NCBI GenBank assembly: GCA_965603825.1
Contig: CBFDEM010000044.1
Coordinates: 496,001 to 560,000, forward strand
Length of the DNA: 64,000 nt
Reading direction: 5' to 3'
Source: Blepharisma stoltei ATCC 30299
Lineage: Eukaryota > Protista > Ciliophora
Shown here: piece by piece, positions 1 through 12,588 of the stretch
How the letters are laid out: each line of letters opens with the position of its first letter
Numbering within the stretch: position 1 is the first letter of the stretch
Notes under the pieces: model-generated
Told to the model about the DNA's origin: nothing
The model's database searches: none
What the model saw: the letters and a program-made list of their open reading frames with translations, nothing else
Program-made: the position numbers and the translations under genes

Positions 1-416
1 GAAATTTAGACTCAGAATTAAAGTTTAAACCAAACCCGAAAGAAATGGACTCACAGCTGCATATAACAGAAAAAAGCGACGTATATAAAGCACCGAAGTT
101 CCAAGCTGCAATTTATGAAGAAAAAGGAGGAAAAGAAGAAAGGGACGAAAAAAGATTGAAAGAAAAACTCAAGCGCTCTTATTTGATACAAAGCTTGAAA
201 GAAGAAATTGGAGATGAGCCTGTAGAAATAAAGACTGGAAGAAGCAAAAGACTGAGAGAAATAGAAGAAGCACAGCAGGAGTATGAAGAAGAAAACTTCA
301 CAAGAGTGCAGATAACCAAGAAGGAGAGAATTTTGAGAAAGAAATTGCAAAAGAAGGATGAGGAAGAAGAAGAAAATATTTCTGGGTTTATGAGACTGCT
401 CAACAAAAAGCATTAA
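1..416 (+). CDS. NGDN: Neuroguidin/Lcp5-like SSU processome factor, 5'-partial
   Basis: The frame is open from the window start (NLDSELKFKPNPKEM...). FKPNP, VYKAPK and YEEENFTR motifs are typical of the NGDN/Lcp5 C-terminal half. Ends TAA. Confidence 0.75.
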   Translation, partial: NLDSELKFKPNPKEMDSQLHITEKSDVYKAPKFQAAIYEEKGGKEERDEKRLKEKLKRSYLIQSLKEEIGDEPVEIKTGRSKRLREIEEAQQEYEEENFTRVQITKKERILRKKLQKKDEEEEENISGFMRLLNKKH

Positions 417-572
417 AATTTTGATAAATACCCTTTATCATTAATAGTGAGTATTTATTAAAAAATAGCCATAGTATATTAGGCTGAATTAGTCATTTAA
501 TATCGATTTTTTTCATATTATCTAAAAAAATTGATTGAATATTTTTGAATGAAGTAACTTAAATTACAAATA

Positions 573-1340
573 ATGGAAGGCACTTCGCCACTCATATATA
601 CAACTAACACATCAACTGAGTTTTCAGATCCTTTGTCTCCTTTTAACTATATCCAGCCTGACTCTAGTCCTGAGCCAAAAGTAAATATTTCAATCGAAAG
701 GCAAAATTCCAAAAATCGGCCAGCAAGCAAAACTCCAGTCGTTAGAGTTCATCTATCTCTCGCACTCAAAGAAAATTTAACAAATCAGACTAAAGCAATA
801 GAGAAAAACCCCGAAGAAAAAGAAAAAACTGAGAATCTTCAAGATAATTCTGGAGCATCAATACCGACCCAGCATTCAGAAGAAAAGTCATCAAAGACTG
901 AAGATTTAAATTCTGAACTGAAGAAGGATAAAGCTAGAAGTTTTATAAAAACTGGCAACGGGAAGCCTCATCAAAGATGTGGAAGCCAAGATTCTTCAAA
1001 GCAAGAAAGTAACTCAAATTATATCGTTCCTTCTGCAAAGAAAGTGAAAAAGTTTAATATCATTAGCAGGGTTAAAGCTGGAAAAAATCTAGAAACTTCG
1101 ACAAGTTCATCGTGAAAAACTTCAAATTTTAATCTTGGTGCAAGGAAGACCCAACTTCTAGAATATTCAAGTCATGATACTGATTATTTCTCTAAAGGAA
1201 ATGTTTCTATGCCGAGCAAAAGTTTATTTAAAAATTCAGAGTATAAAAGTCTCTCACCGTATAGCGTTTCTTTAACATTCAAATATCAGATTCCAAAAAA
1301 TTCCAATAAGGCTGACGAAGAAGCCCAGGAAATACAATAG
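573..1340 (+). CDS. Hypothetical low-complexity S/K/E-rich protein (255 aa)
   Basis: ORF 573..1115 continues through TGA (1113-1115) in frame to TAG at 1338-1340. Confidence 0.65.
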
Positions 1341-1561
1341 TGTATAAATAATAATCTAATTTCTTATTTAACCATTATAAAAAGAAGCATTGAGCTAATT
1401 CTCTGTTATCCCATTAATAGGTATTTTATGTCTTTTGGCATCCTTTATCGCTTGCATGGTATCGAATTCTAAAAGTAATCTAACCTAATAAATTTAATTT
1501 AAAGATATTAATAAGCATAATTTCAACGTTAATATTATAGTTAACTGAAATAAATTTAAAA

Positions 1562-1888
1562 ATGAGATACGCATTTGTTCTAGCACTATTGATTATTTCA
1601 CTTATTCGTGGAGAGAGTGAACTGGATACATTTCTGTCAGATAATATAGAAGAAGAAAATAGTATAGATGCTATTATTAGCCAGCTTGAAATAGTAAATA
1701 ACTATTCCTCTGGAGATTCAATATTTTTAACTGTTTTGGGATCAGATGAAGATGAAGAAATCAAAACAGGAGATGAGCTAGGAATAAGAGCAGGTGGCGA
1801 ACCACCTCTAAAAACAGGTGAAAAGGCTGGCAATACAATTGTCGCGTCCACCAAAATGAGATTTAAAATTCCAGATATGAACGCCTAA
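1562..1888 (+). CDS. Small acidic secreted protein
   Basis: N-terminal signal peptide MRYAFVLALLIISLIRG followed by an acidic body. Ends TAA. Confidence 0.6.
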   Translation: MRYAFVLALLIISLIRGESELDTFLSDNIEEENSIDAIISQLEIVNNYSSGDSIFLTVLGSDEDEEIKTGDELGIRAGGEPPLKTGEKAGNTIVASTKMRFKIPDMNA

Positions 1889-1915
1889 TAAGTTAAATTT
1901 TTTATTTTATTTTAC

Positions 1916-4087
1916 TTAAAATGCAAACTTATACCGATAATGCAAAAAATGTAGCTTTGAGGCAGCAACCACAGCTACATGAGGACCATACACGCTTTCT
2001 CTGATTACAGAATGCTGCCAAACCTGCATAGGCACCAAATAGCTGACTCTTTCAGACAGCGCTGCTATATCTTCTTTGAAATCTTGTCCTGAAATGACCA
2101 CAACTGCAGGACCAAACATGCAAAGAAGAGTTGCAATTCCGACTCCTGGGTCAGTGTTTTTCAGCTTTGATATGTCACCAAGAGGGACTCCATCATCTCC
2201 TATCAAAATTCTCCCTCTGAGTATGACACAACTTCTGAGTCCTTCGTCAATAACTACAGAAATGAGGGTGTTTGAATGCAAACTCTGTTGACTCAATAGT
2301 CCGATTGCGTCAACATCTCGACAAATTGCGACAGCTCCTAGATCTTCGAGACCTTCTCTGTATTTCATCTGCTTTTCAGTGATTCCTATTTTTCTTATAG
2401 AGTATTCTTGATTGGCATGCTCACACACTGTATCAATAAATCCTGCAATTAAAAATGGGATTTGATCTTCTTCTTCGATTTCAAAAGCTTCATTATTTTC
2501 TAAGGCTGAGAGCACAATAACGTTATTTTTAATATGGACTCCTACTTCAAGAACGTTTTTTGTGGGTGTTGTAAAGCAGGCATCGCCTACTTCGTCCTCA
2601 TGGATTATGTTTATGATTTTGCTGCATTCTCGAGATTTTGCTTCTGATTTTAGATGCTTGAAAGGTTTTAGTAAAGAAATGCGAAAACGTAAATGCTTGC
2701 TGCGGAACCAAGAATAAGAATTGTCCCAAGAAAATCTGTAAAGCCCAGGTGACTTTAGGAGCCTTATCCCAGAGACAGGGTTCTGGTCGCATTGAACTTT
2801 TTCTTCATGCAAAATTACTTCAGGAGTTGGCAAGTCAACCCTTCACAATGTATAAGAAACATCATAATATTCTGTTGCAAAGCCCCACTGTAAAATACTG
2901 TTAGGTTCTTTTACTTCAATTACGTAGTATTTCTGTTCTCCAGGCTGGATTGTAATACTTAAAGGAAACCCAGCAATGATTTGGATATCGTCAAAATCAA
3001 TCACATCTTCAGCTACTAATAGATCTATTTCTTGATCTATATAAGCTTCATTTTTAAATAATCCCTCAATAGCTGCCTCACTTTCTAGTTTCCCTTTAAA
3101 CTCGCTATCAGTATCAGAACTATGGGTAATTATATGCAAAAATTTTGCTGCCTTTGCTTTATATTCGCTTATCCCTCCTGATGCAATTTCTACTAAATTA
3201 TTAAAAATAAGTGTGTATAGAGACGGTCGGTGCTGAGGGTATGCATACCACAGCCGAATTAAGATTTTTAGCAGATTTTGAGTTATAAAAATATCTGCTG
3301 GTTTCAGAATATTTAAAAAATTGTAGGCTGCATAAAAAACGTTTTCAAACATAGAGTAATCTTTGGACTCTACAATTGTGTATAAATGAGACTCTGATGA
3401 CTGATCATAAGTGGATAGCCTGATATTGTAATGAGTCTGAAATATCATATGTTCAAGGATCTTTTGGATTTTTACATAAATATCTCTATCAGATGTTCCT
3501 AATAAAGAATTAATGACAGGATTAAGCTGGTTTCCAAAAATTAGATATTGTTCTTTTAGTGACTCTCTGCTGCTGAGTAAGTCCATTAATCTATTCATTC
3601 CATATGGATTATTGCTTTTTACCTCTTCTATAATAGGTTCCAGTACTGCTTTCACATCTATTGTGGGTTTCTTATCTAACAGCCTTTGCACAATTTGAGT
3701 TTGTTCAGCGCCTAGTCCTCCATGCTTGAATAAGTGGACTAGAATTCCATTTACAGATTCTTGCAAATTTTCAGCGACCTCGGTTCCGCTCAATATATCA
3801 CAAAGCTGTAAAATATCATTTGACAATGTAATTAATAGTGCTGAATCTGTTTTGGGGATGATGTCACAGATCTTAGTGTAAATGTGGCCAACATATCTGA
3901 CAATTTGATAGTCTTCATTATTAGAAAGCTTGCCAAGCAGCAAGACTGTTTTGGAATTAATAAAAGGTTTTGGGTCTATGTGTGTTACTAAAATTTTACT
4001 TGCATCTCGTAGAAAACTGACGCATTCTGTAATGCTCTGTGCCTTCAGCGCTAATTTTAACTTTTCCGCAAAAGGATTTTCAGACAT
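1916..4087 (-). CDS. Helical (ARM-like) + GOLD + degenerate ROK-like domain protein
   Basis: ORFs 2843..4120 and 1916..2833 are in frame across TGA 2843-2845 (YTL-W-RVDLP). GOLD motifs LQWGFATEYYDV and PGLYRFSWDNSYSWFRSK are present. The C-terminal part resembles the ROK fold. First ATG at 4087. Confidence 0.75.
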
Positions 4088-4516
4088 GCTATTATAATTT
4101 AAAGTTACCAAAACAAACATCTACTCAAAATTCTTATTTAATTTTTGATAAATTCTTATCATTTCTTAACGAGATAAAATATTTTAATACAAATTTCCTC
4201 TTATTGAAAGTAAAAAAATATCTTTATATTATCATGGCTTCATAATAATTATTTACGACTTAAATTTTTTAAATTAAACCTTGGACTTATTTTTCATAAA
4301 ACAAAATTAACCCACTCGATTATTTTTTCTTACTTAAAATAAAAAGCTATAAATCATAGAAGCAGATACTTCATTTTATAATTTCCATTAATAGAAAATT
4401 TGTTACTTATATCTAGCATTTCCATTATTTTCCGTTCAAAACACTATTAATTTGGATTTTATACAGACATTTATTTATTTAGCTAATTATTTTTTACCAT
4501 TATTCAAATACAAGTA

Positions 4517-5134
4517 ATGAGCAATTATACAGCTCAACATTATTCTAAACGCTTGAGAAGCCAGGTTCCTTACTATCAGGCCTCTTCAAAGGAAATTATA
4601 GATGACCTAAAGATGATGAAAATCGATCTTAATTATCAAAATGACAGTTTCAATGCTGAAACTTTGCCTAAGCCGAGCAGACGAGTAAAATCAATTATTA
4701 TTGAAGAAACTAACTCTGAGGATGACGCTCTGGAAGGTCTGGCCAATCTTATCGTAATTGAAAAAAATCAAAAGAATGCTGCCCGTCAGCCAGTAATAGA
4801 AAGAAAAACAGATACTAAAGTACCTCAACAAAATGCCTCTAAAAAACCTGAACCTAAGGTGCAAAAACAACAGGCAAATATTCCTAGCCAAGGGGAAAGA
4901 CCTCCACAGGTAGCACAGTACCCTCAGATGTATCAGTATTATCCTTACGCGACAAACCAATATTGAATGATGCCAATGGATTGGAGAAATATTAGTATTG
5001 CTCAGCAGTATCAGCAAATCGCTCAATATAATCTTATTGCAAACATGCTTAATAGACGCTCTGGGATTCATGTAAAGTTAGCTCATTGGATCCAACAAAG
5101 GCAAAACGCAATGCGAAGGGCGATGAATAAATAA
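4517..5134 (+). CDS. Hypothetical protein with Q/P/Y-rich segment
   Basis: Reads through TGA 4964-4966 to TAA 5132-5134. Confidence 0.6.
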
Positions 5135-6093
5135 GGATTTTTAATAAAAATAAATTGTAAGAGGTATATTGTTTATATTTATTCAAAGCTTCTGCACTGG
5201 GGTATTTTCTATTTTTTATAATAAATAGAGCAATAGTAGCCATAAGGAAAGATTTCAATATTACAATTAAATTATCTTAAAAATGAACCCATATTGAAAA
5301 TTAAAAATAAATGGAAATTACACAAATCGTCAAGAAAAGAACCAATTTTCAAAATTATATCTTTTTATCTTTACTCTAATATTTTTTGATTTTCTTTTTA
5401 ATTCTTATATGAGATCGTTGATAATATTTTGATTATAGAATAATAATGTCTCATCTCAGATTTCAACATTAAAATTTTCAATTTATTTTGACTATAGCAA
5501 ATATCCATTTATTATTAGGACTGTATATAGAAATAACCAAAATACTCATCATCGATCAAAACAGTTTTAATCAGCTCTAACGCAGTTCCAATATAAACCG
5601 ACAATATATGTTTGCACTTTATAAAAATTACCACAAACTGATCATTTTTTTTAAGTGCTTGTGTAAAAGCAGCACATGGGCAAAATTGCAAATTAGCAAG
5701 GACATTATAACTCTCATTATTGCTTCCTTCAATTTTATAAAACTTTCGATTACTCTTGATGGCTTTTATACAAATTATTTTGTGAGAGTCTATGATATTT
5801 AAGGATCTTTGAATTGTTGATAGAGGAAATATAGCATTTAGTCTGATATATAGTTACTTTGAAAATGATTCACTATCAACTATTTATATCTCACTTTCCT
5901 TGGCTTGTCGGATATGATTTAGAGCTGAGTTTAAGATATCCCTTAGCTCCATTATTCTAAATAAAAGACATAACAAAAATATTTTAGAAGAACAAAGAAT
6001 TCTTCTATTATACCAATTGAGAATTCTGCTAAAGTTAAAGCTTATAAAAGCTCAATCATAATTATTTTATAGGTTTTTATTTCCTATAATTAT

Positions 6094-6825
6094 TTAAACG
6101 GTTATAACATCATCCATCTCAGTTTCTTTTAGTTTATGGAATCTGTACTTTCTTTTCATAAAAACTCTCTGCAAAATAAGCCAAATATTCCCTGTACAGC
6201 AAGCCAAAAATGCAATTATCACAAATGTCCAGCCATACTCCAAAAAGAGGTAGTAGCACACATATATTCCAATTTCTAATGCAGCAGCATACATACTGCA
6301 AACTAACCCAAAATATTCCCCAATTGTTATGCATAAGTAAAGAGATTTCAAAAAAGGAAGCAAATCCCATTGCTTAGTTTCAGGGTATATAATATGCATG
6401 TAGCTCTGCAAAAAAGTTGAGTTTTCAGCACAAAGTAATGCGATAGCTCCCAGTATAGATCCTAATGAATCAATAACAAAAGAAATAGAAAACTCCAAAT
6501 TTAATGATTGATATGAAAAATAAGCTATTGAAATATTGTAGCCAGAGAACGCTCCTATTGTAAGCCCAGCAAGAATATAATATTTAAGACTGCGTATTGA
6601 ACATAAAGATAAAAAGCCATCATTTAATTCAGGCTGGTAAAGCAAAATACTCCTGTTAAAAGATCTATTTCTAATGAATAGTCCAAGTGCTCAGAATACA
6701 TAAAGTCCAGCTAAAGTCCCATAGATAATTCATTGCGCAGAGCAGAGATGAATTTTTAGCCCATATTCGTATATAAAGACGAGAGGACTTAAAGCTATCA
6801 AAATGTTTGCAGTTCTTGATTCCAT
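6094..6825 (-). CDS. Multi-pass membrane protein of unknown function
   Basis: The ORF extends upstream through TGA 6691-6693 and 6730-6732 to ATG 6825 (MESRTANILIAL...). Several hydrophobic helices. Confidence 0.65.
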
Positions 6826-7033
6826 ATATGATGAACTATTAATAAATCTAAATCAATTTTTGTGTTGTCTTTCATTAAATTGTTAAAGTTAAATCAAAAT
6901 CAGACTCATAGTAGACTTATTTAGAACACATTTATTAAATTTAAAAAATTATAACATAAGTAATCTAAATAGCAATCACTTTTCCTTAAAAATTTTCTCT
7001 AGTCTATCTTGTGACTTTACAGGCGAAAATAAA

Positions 7034-8536
7034 ATGGACAACGAACGGCTTATAGACGAATCTGACTCAAGCATACCTGAGCCAGCTAAACAATTAGGAT
7101 CAATAAAAGTAGAGGAACCACCCACAAATGATATGGCAAAAACAAAATCCCGTTATCTTATGCTTTTTTTTGCATGCTTTTTATGCTTTGGAAACTATTA
7201 CATTTACGATAATCCCTCAGCACTGCAACCTCAACTCGAAAAAGTAATTTATAGTTAGCGACTTAACATGAACAGCTTCGAGTTTAATATGCTTTACTCA
7301 GTTTACTCATTTCCTAACGTCATCTTACCTTTGTTTGGAGGCTATTTTATTGATGCTATTGGTGTGAGATGGGGCATTATTATCTTCTCAGGCTTTATTT
7401 GTCTAGGACAAGCTATTTTTGCTATTGGTGTAGACGCAGGGTCTTATCCAATTGCAGTTATAGGGCGCTGTGTGTTCGGCTTGGGAGGAGAAAGTCAAAA
7501 TGTTGCACAAAGCACAATTGTATCAGCTTGGTTTTCTGGTAAGGAATTAGCTATGGCTTTAGGCATGAACGTCAGTATATCAAGGCTTGGAAGTGTTTTT
7601 AATGATCTCACAGAGCCAGCCTTCGATTCTTTGACTGGATCTGTTGATTTTGGGATCTGGTTTGGCTTCGGCCTATGCTTGGCATCAATGGCATGCGGAT
7701 TCGCGCTAATTGCTATGGATAAGAAAAGAGACATCAAATTAGGCGTTCTTGACAAGAAAATTGAAAGCGATAAGGTGAAATGGTCTGACCTAAAAACGTT
7801 TAATTTCAGCTTTTGGCTCATTTCAATCAATTGCTTAGTTGTATATATTTGTGTGCTTTGCTTTAACAATATAGCAAGCGACTATTTTCAGACAAGATTT
7901 GGGTTCAGCTCAGTTATTGCAGGAGTGTTAATTTCTATTACTTATTCTATTTCTGCAGTTTTGTGCCCAATTATTGGGTTTTACATAGACCGCGTTGGAA
8001 ATAGGGCGACTCTTATAACGATTTCAGCTGTCATTATGGTTATAGTTCACACAATTTTCATTATAATTCCTGATTGTGATCAATGCGCATGGGGAGCCCT
8101 TGATTTGGTTTTGCTTGGGCTTGGATACTCATTATATGCATCTGTTATGTGGGCGTCCGTTCCTTTAGTTGTTGAGCCGAAGACAGTTGGGTCAGCTTTT
8201 GGCATAGTGACTGCTATACAAAACTTTGGCCTTGCCTTTGGACCAATGGTAGTTGGGGCAATTCATGATAATTCTTCTGGAGAAGATGGCTATTTGTGGG
8301 TCTCATTTTTTTTCATTATTATGGGAATTCTTGGAGTTATAACAGCTATTATCCTCCAAATTAATGATAAAAAAACTGGAGGTGTCCTCAACTCAAGCAA
8401 TCCAAAGGAAGCATTAAAATTAATGTTAACAACAAAGAAAGCTACGATAGTAAGTGACCAGTCGCTTCATGAACACTTAGATACAGTCGATAAAGAGAAA
8501 AACGGTTTAAATAATGACGAAAAGAGTAGTTCATAA
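7034..8536 (+). CDS. MFSD1: MFS transporter, MFSD1-like (exons 7034-7243, 7259-8536)
   Basis: FGNYYIYDNPSALQ, LYSVYSFPNVILPLFGG, FGLGGES and ELAMALG motifs. One 15-nt intron restores the frame. Confidence 0.9.
7244..7258 (+). other. 15-nt spliceosomal intron
   Basis: gtaatttatagttag, phase 0. Removal eliminates the in-frame TAG in MFSD1. Confidence 0.9.
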
Positions 8537-8606
8537 AAATAGAAACTAGTGAGATATCACGGTAACTTAATGATTCTTTCTTAGGTAATTTAAAATAATT
8601 AATTAA

Positions 8607-8828
8607 ATGGCTGAAAATATTGCTTCTGCTCAGCTGAGGCTTCTTGTTCAAAGCATGGAAACGTATTTAAAGCAATTAGACTCAAAGGATATATCAAACT
8701 TAGTAAAGCGAAACAGAGATATTGAAGGCATTTATGAAAGAACTTCTCATATAATTAAAGCATCAAAAATAGCAATCTCAAATTCTGCCCAGGAAGTTTT
8801 ACATAAGTCAAAAGACAATACAATATAA
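8607..8828 (+). CDS. Small helical/coiled-coil hypothetical protein (73 aa)
   Basis: ATG in an A-rich context, coding-like composition, TAA stop. No family recognised. Confidence 0.5.
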   Translation: MAENIASAQLRLLVQSMETYLKQLDSKDISNLVKRNRDIEGIYERTSHIIKASKIAISNSAQEVLHKSKDNTI

Positions 8829-9023
8829 AAATGATTTATTAATATTTATCATACATCTGACTATCTTTTTATAAATACAATCTCCAGTCATTGTTCTTAG
8901 TTTATGCTTCTTGATTTTATATTCCTTTAAGTTTGTTGAATCGATAACTTTTGGCTTATAAATTTAAATTGTAAATTTAAGTGGTTTATTTCACCCAAAA
9001 TTTAACGCCTATGAAAATAAATA

Positions 9024-9530
9024 ATGGCAGGCAGACAAGCAGGTGCAAAAGCTTTTAACCCTAAGCAATACGAACGCCCTGGACTAACTGAAGACGAAAT
9101 TGAGGAGATTAAAGAAGCCTTTGATCTTTTCGACACTGATGGATCTGGTACTATTGATCCTAGAGAGCTTACCTCTGCCATGCAATCATTAGGTTTCGAA
9201 GCAAAAAACCAAACCATTTACCAAATGGTCAGCGATCTCGACAAAGATGGCTCAGGCGCCATCGACTTCGATGAGTTCTTAGACATGATGACTGCAAGAA
9301 TGAGTGATAAAGACACCAGAGAAGATATCCAAAAAGTTTTCAGACTCTTCGATGATGACAAGACTGGAACCATTTCAATTAAGAATCTTAGAAGAGTTGC
9401 TAAGGAACTTGGAGAAACCATGACTGACGAAGAGCTCTTGGAAATGATTGAAAGAGCTGACTCTGATGGAGATGGTCAAGTGTCTTTCGAGGACTTCTAC
9501 AACATCATGACCAAGAAAGCATTCCCATAA
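9024..9530 (+). CDS. CETN: Centrin
   Basis: Four EF-hands, with [18 protein letters not shown] and [10 protein letters not shown] centrin signatures. Confidence 0.97.
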   Translation: MAGRQAGAKAFNPKQYERPGLTEDEIEEIKEAFDLFDTDGSGTIDPRELTSAMQSLGFEAKNQTIYQMVSDLDKDGSGAIDFDEFLDMMTARMSDKDTREDIQKVFRLFDDDKTGTISIKNLRRVAKELGETMTDEELLEMIERADSDGDGQVSFEDFYNIMTKKAFP

Positions 9531-9556
9531 GTTAAAGGTTAAAGATTTGAATTAAC

Positions 9557-10255
9557 TTAGTCTGCTTCTTCTTCACTAGTCCACAATGCTAGATTGTCTT
9601 TAATCAAGCCAAGTATTGATGTGGCTTCTTTATATGCTCTTTCATCCAAATCATCAAGCTGAGGTAACGCTTCATCAAAAGCTGACTTCGCTAACTCAAT
9701 TGCTTGAGCAGTTTCCTTAAGCACTTCGTATTTAAATACTGAATAATTCAATGCCAAGCCAATGCGGATTGGATTGTTTGCTGGTAAATTCTTCGCCACA
9801 TCTGAGGCCTGCTGATATGCTTCATTACTGCTTTCTACTGCAGCAGCATCTCCTGACTCTGACATATATCTGTAATAGTCAGCTTTCATTTTGATATAGA
9901 AGAGCTTGATATCATCTGGATCGCTATCACGCAATAGTTTTTGGTCGATCAGACAGATTATTTCTGAGCAGAGGGCATGAAGCTCTTTATTAATTTTTTC
10001 CTTGTATTCTTGAGTGATTTCTAAGTTACCTTGCCCTCTAGATTTTTGTTTTTGTTCATAGCTGCTGATTATACGATATGCATTCCTGCGTTCTCCGACT
10101 GCTTGCTTATATGCAACGCTAAGAAGTGTCCTTTCTTCGTTATTGATATCTCCATTGGCCTCGTCAATTAAGCTTTTCATTGAGGCTATCATGTCTCCAT
10201 ATCTTTCAGAGTGCTCAGCAAGCTTTGCATTATATGAAAATTCCTCTCTTTGCAT
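9557..10255 (-). CDS. 14-3-3 protein (somewhat divergent)
   Basis: LLSVAYK, KMKADYYRY, PIRIGLALNYSVF and DNLALWT motifs. Confidence 0.95.
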   Translation of the reverse strand: MQREEFSYNAKLAEHSERYGDMIASMKSLIDEANGDINNEERTLLSVAYKQAVGERRNAYRIISSYEQKQKSRGQGNLEITQEYKEKINKELHALCSEIICLIDQKLLRDSDPDDIKLFYIKMKADYYRYMSESGDAAAVESSNEAYQQASDVAKNLPANNPIRIGLALNYSVFKYEVLKETAQAIELAKSAFDEALPQLDDLDERAYKEATSILGLIKDNLALWTSEEEAD

Positions 10256-10701
10256 AACTTTATTGGATCCTTTTTTTGATAATGGAGATCCACTCGATTT
10301 TAAATGGATAAAGTCTGAGTTTTCAGTAATTTAAAAACAAAAAATTTTGATATAGGGAGAAAATAAATTTGTGGCAGTTTTGCAATAATTTTATAAGGAA
10401 AAATTATATGAAGGCTCGAAGATCCTTTAATTTATCTTTTTCGTTTACAAATGATCCGAATGCAAATTTGTGGAATTTAGAGAGTAATCGCACTTTGTGC
10501 CTATTTCTCTCAGTTTTCTTTCTTGTGAAATAAAGTATTTTTCTCTTTTGAAATAAAGTCAGTTTCTTAAGATTTTAGTTTTACTGTTTCTTCATTTTAT
10601 TACTTACCCAATTAATAGAAGTAAAGTATTGAGAATTTGTCTTATCAAGATTTAAACTTAATCCGCGATATGAAAAATAATTCTGCTTCTCCATTAATAA
10701 A

Positions 10702-12351
10702 ATGGGAGACGAGGAAATCCCTGATTGTTGAGAAGATCTTGATGCTCAGATTCCCGAAAGTGTTGTAGAAGGAGCTATTAAAGTCGCAGATTTTGATTTT
10801 ACTTCGAGTCATCAAAATAACGATCGTCCTTTAAATATGCAGGATGCAAATCTCTCCCAAATGGATCACAATTCTTTATCATTCCAGCATTATTCCCAAC
10901 AAAAGACAGAAAAGCCCAAAGCAAACTCAGAAGAAAAGAAAATCCCAAAACCCCGCAAAATTGAGCCAGAATCAGTCCCAGCAATCAATAAAGATGGCTT
11001 AATTTCGTCACTTATTGAAGCAAATAAATCACTAGAAATTAAGCTTGCTGAGCCAGATAGCCGAGACCCTGTAAACTTAGTTTTCATAGGGCACGTCGAT
11101 GCAGGAAAATCAACAGTATGTGGCAATATTTTGCTTAAAACAGAAAAAATTAATCGAAGAGTAGTCGAACAGTATGAGGAAGAAGCAAAAGAAAACAACA
11201 GAGAAAGCTGGTGGTTAGCTTATATTATGGATATCAGTGAAGAAGAAAGAATAAAAGGCATAACTATTGAGGTTGGCAGAGCATTTTTTGAAACAGATTC
11301 AAGAAGATTTACTATTTTAGACGCCCCTGGACATAAAAGTTATGTTCCAAATATGATTAGTGGTGCTGCCCAAGCCGATGTGGCTGCAATCGTTATTTCA
11401 GCAAGAAAAGGGGAGTTCGAGTCAGGATTCGAAAGAGGAGGACAGACAACTGAACACACTATCTTGGCAAGAGCAATGGGGGTCAAAAATTTTATTGTGT
11501 TGGTCACCAAAATGGATGACCCTTCAGTTGGCTGGTCTCAAGAAAGATTTGAATTCATCAGAGCTTCTTTTTCACAATTTTTAAGATACACATGCAAAAT
11601 TGTTGATGAAAATATTTTTTGGGTGCCAATAAGTGGATTACTTGGCTTAAATTTGAATGAAAAAGTGCCAGCTGATGTTTGTCCTTGGTATCAAGGATTA
11701 TGCTTATTTGAACTCCTTAATGTTATTCCTTTACCTGAAAGAAATTCGAATGAGTCATTAAGAATCCCTATTTTGGATAAAATAAAGGATGTAGGTCTAA
11801 GTGCTTTAGGCAAAGTAGAAAGAGGAACTGTAGTGAAAGGACTAAAAACGATGATTATGCCTATTGAATCAGAAGCGGAAATCCAAGAATTATATGGCCC
11901 TGAGGATGCAAAGTTTATGTATGCAAAAACAGGAGAAAATTTAAGACTGAAGCTAAAGGTCGGTGAAGGCGTAGAAATCCAGCCTGGATATGTCCTATGC
12001 GATATTCATGATGTTTGCAATGTAGCCACAGAATTTGAGGCAGATTTAATTCTTTTTGATCTTTTACCTCAAAAAATGCTTGTTTGCCCAGGCTATGAGT
12101 GTGTAATTCATCTCAACAGTATTCTTCAAGATTGCCAAGTAACTCAAGTTATAGCCAGATATGACGAGAATAAGCATAAAAAAATTAAAGTCGATTTTTG
12201 TAGAGGGAATTCTAGAGTTATTGTCAGGCTATCTACGCCGACTCCTATCTGTGTTGAGAGATATGTAGATTTCCCACCTTTAGGCAGGTTTACTTTGAGA
12301 GATGAAGATACCACAATAGGAATTGGAAAAATTACAAACCTCTTCCTATAG
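10702..12351 (+). CDS. eRF3: Eukaryotic peptide chain release factor GTPase eRF3
   Basis: GHVDAGKST, RESWWLAY, KGITIEVGRAFFET, DAPGHKSYVPNMI and LGRFTLRDE motifs. ATG 10702 is in frame with 10837 through TGA 10729-10731 (MGDEEIPDC-W-EDLD). Confidence 0.9.
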
Positions 12352-12588
12352 CTTTTAAACACCAGCTTAATTTTAATTATTTCATGGGTAAATACTTTCT
12401 GTGATATTAATGCGTTTTGTTAGTTATTGAGGCATAAAAGCTGAGTAAGATAACCTGGCTGTATTTTAAAATCACTAGCATTGCTAATAGCTGATTTATA
12501 TGATAAAATTTTCAACTCTGTTAAAAATTAAGTCACATGATATAAACTGTTATATTGATTAAAAATAAGTTATGCAATAATTATTTAA

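Noticed and set aside
1562-1888. Secreted protein as a candidate mating pheromone
   Set aside because: It has no Cys pattern or similarity to ciliate pheromones that I can recognise. Only the signal peptide is supported.
5135-6093. Long spacer with short ORFs 5049..5258 and 5608..5802
   Set aside because: Very AT-rich, with no motifs, no RNA-gene structure and no terminal repeats that I could verify.
10729-10731. UGA as selenocysteine or cysteine, here and elsewhere
   Set aside because: The TGAs align with Trp columns in non-selenoprotein families, and most 3' gaps are too short for SECIS elements.
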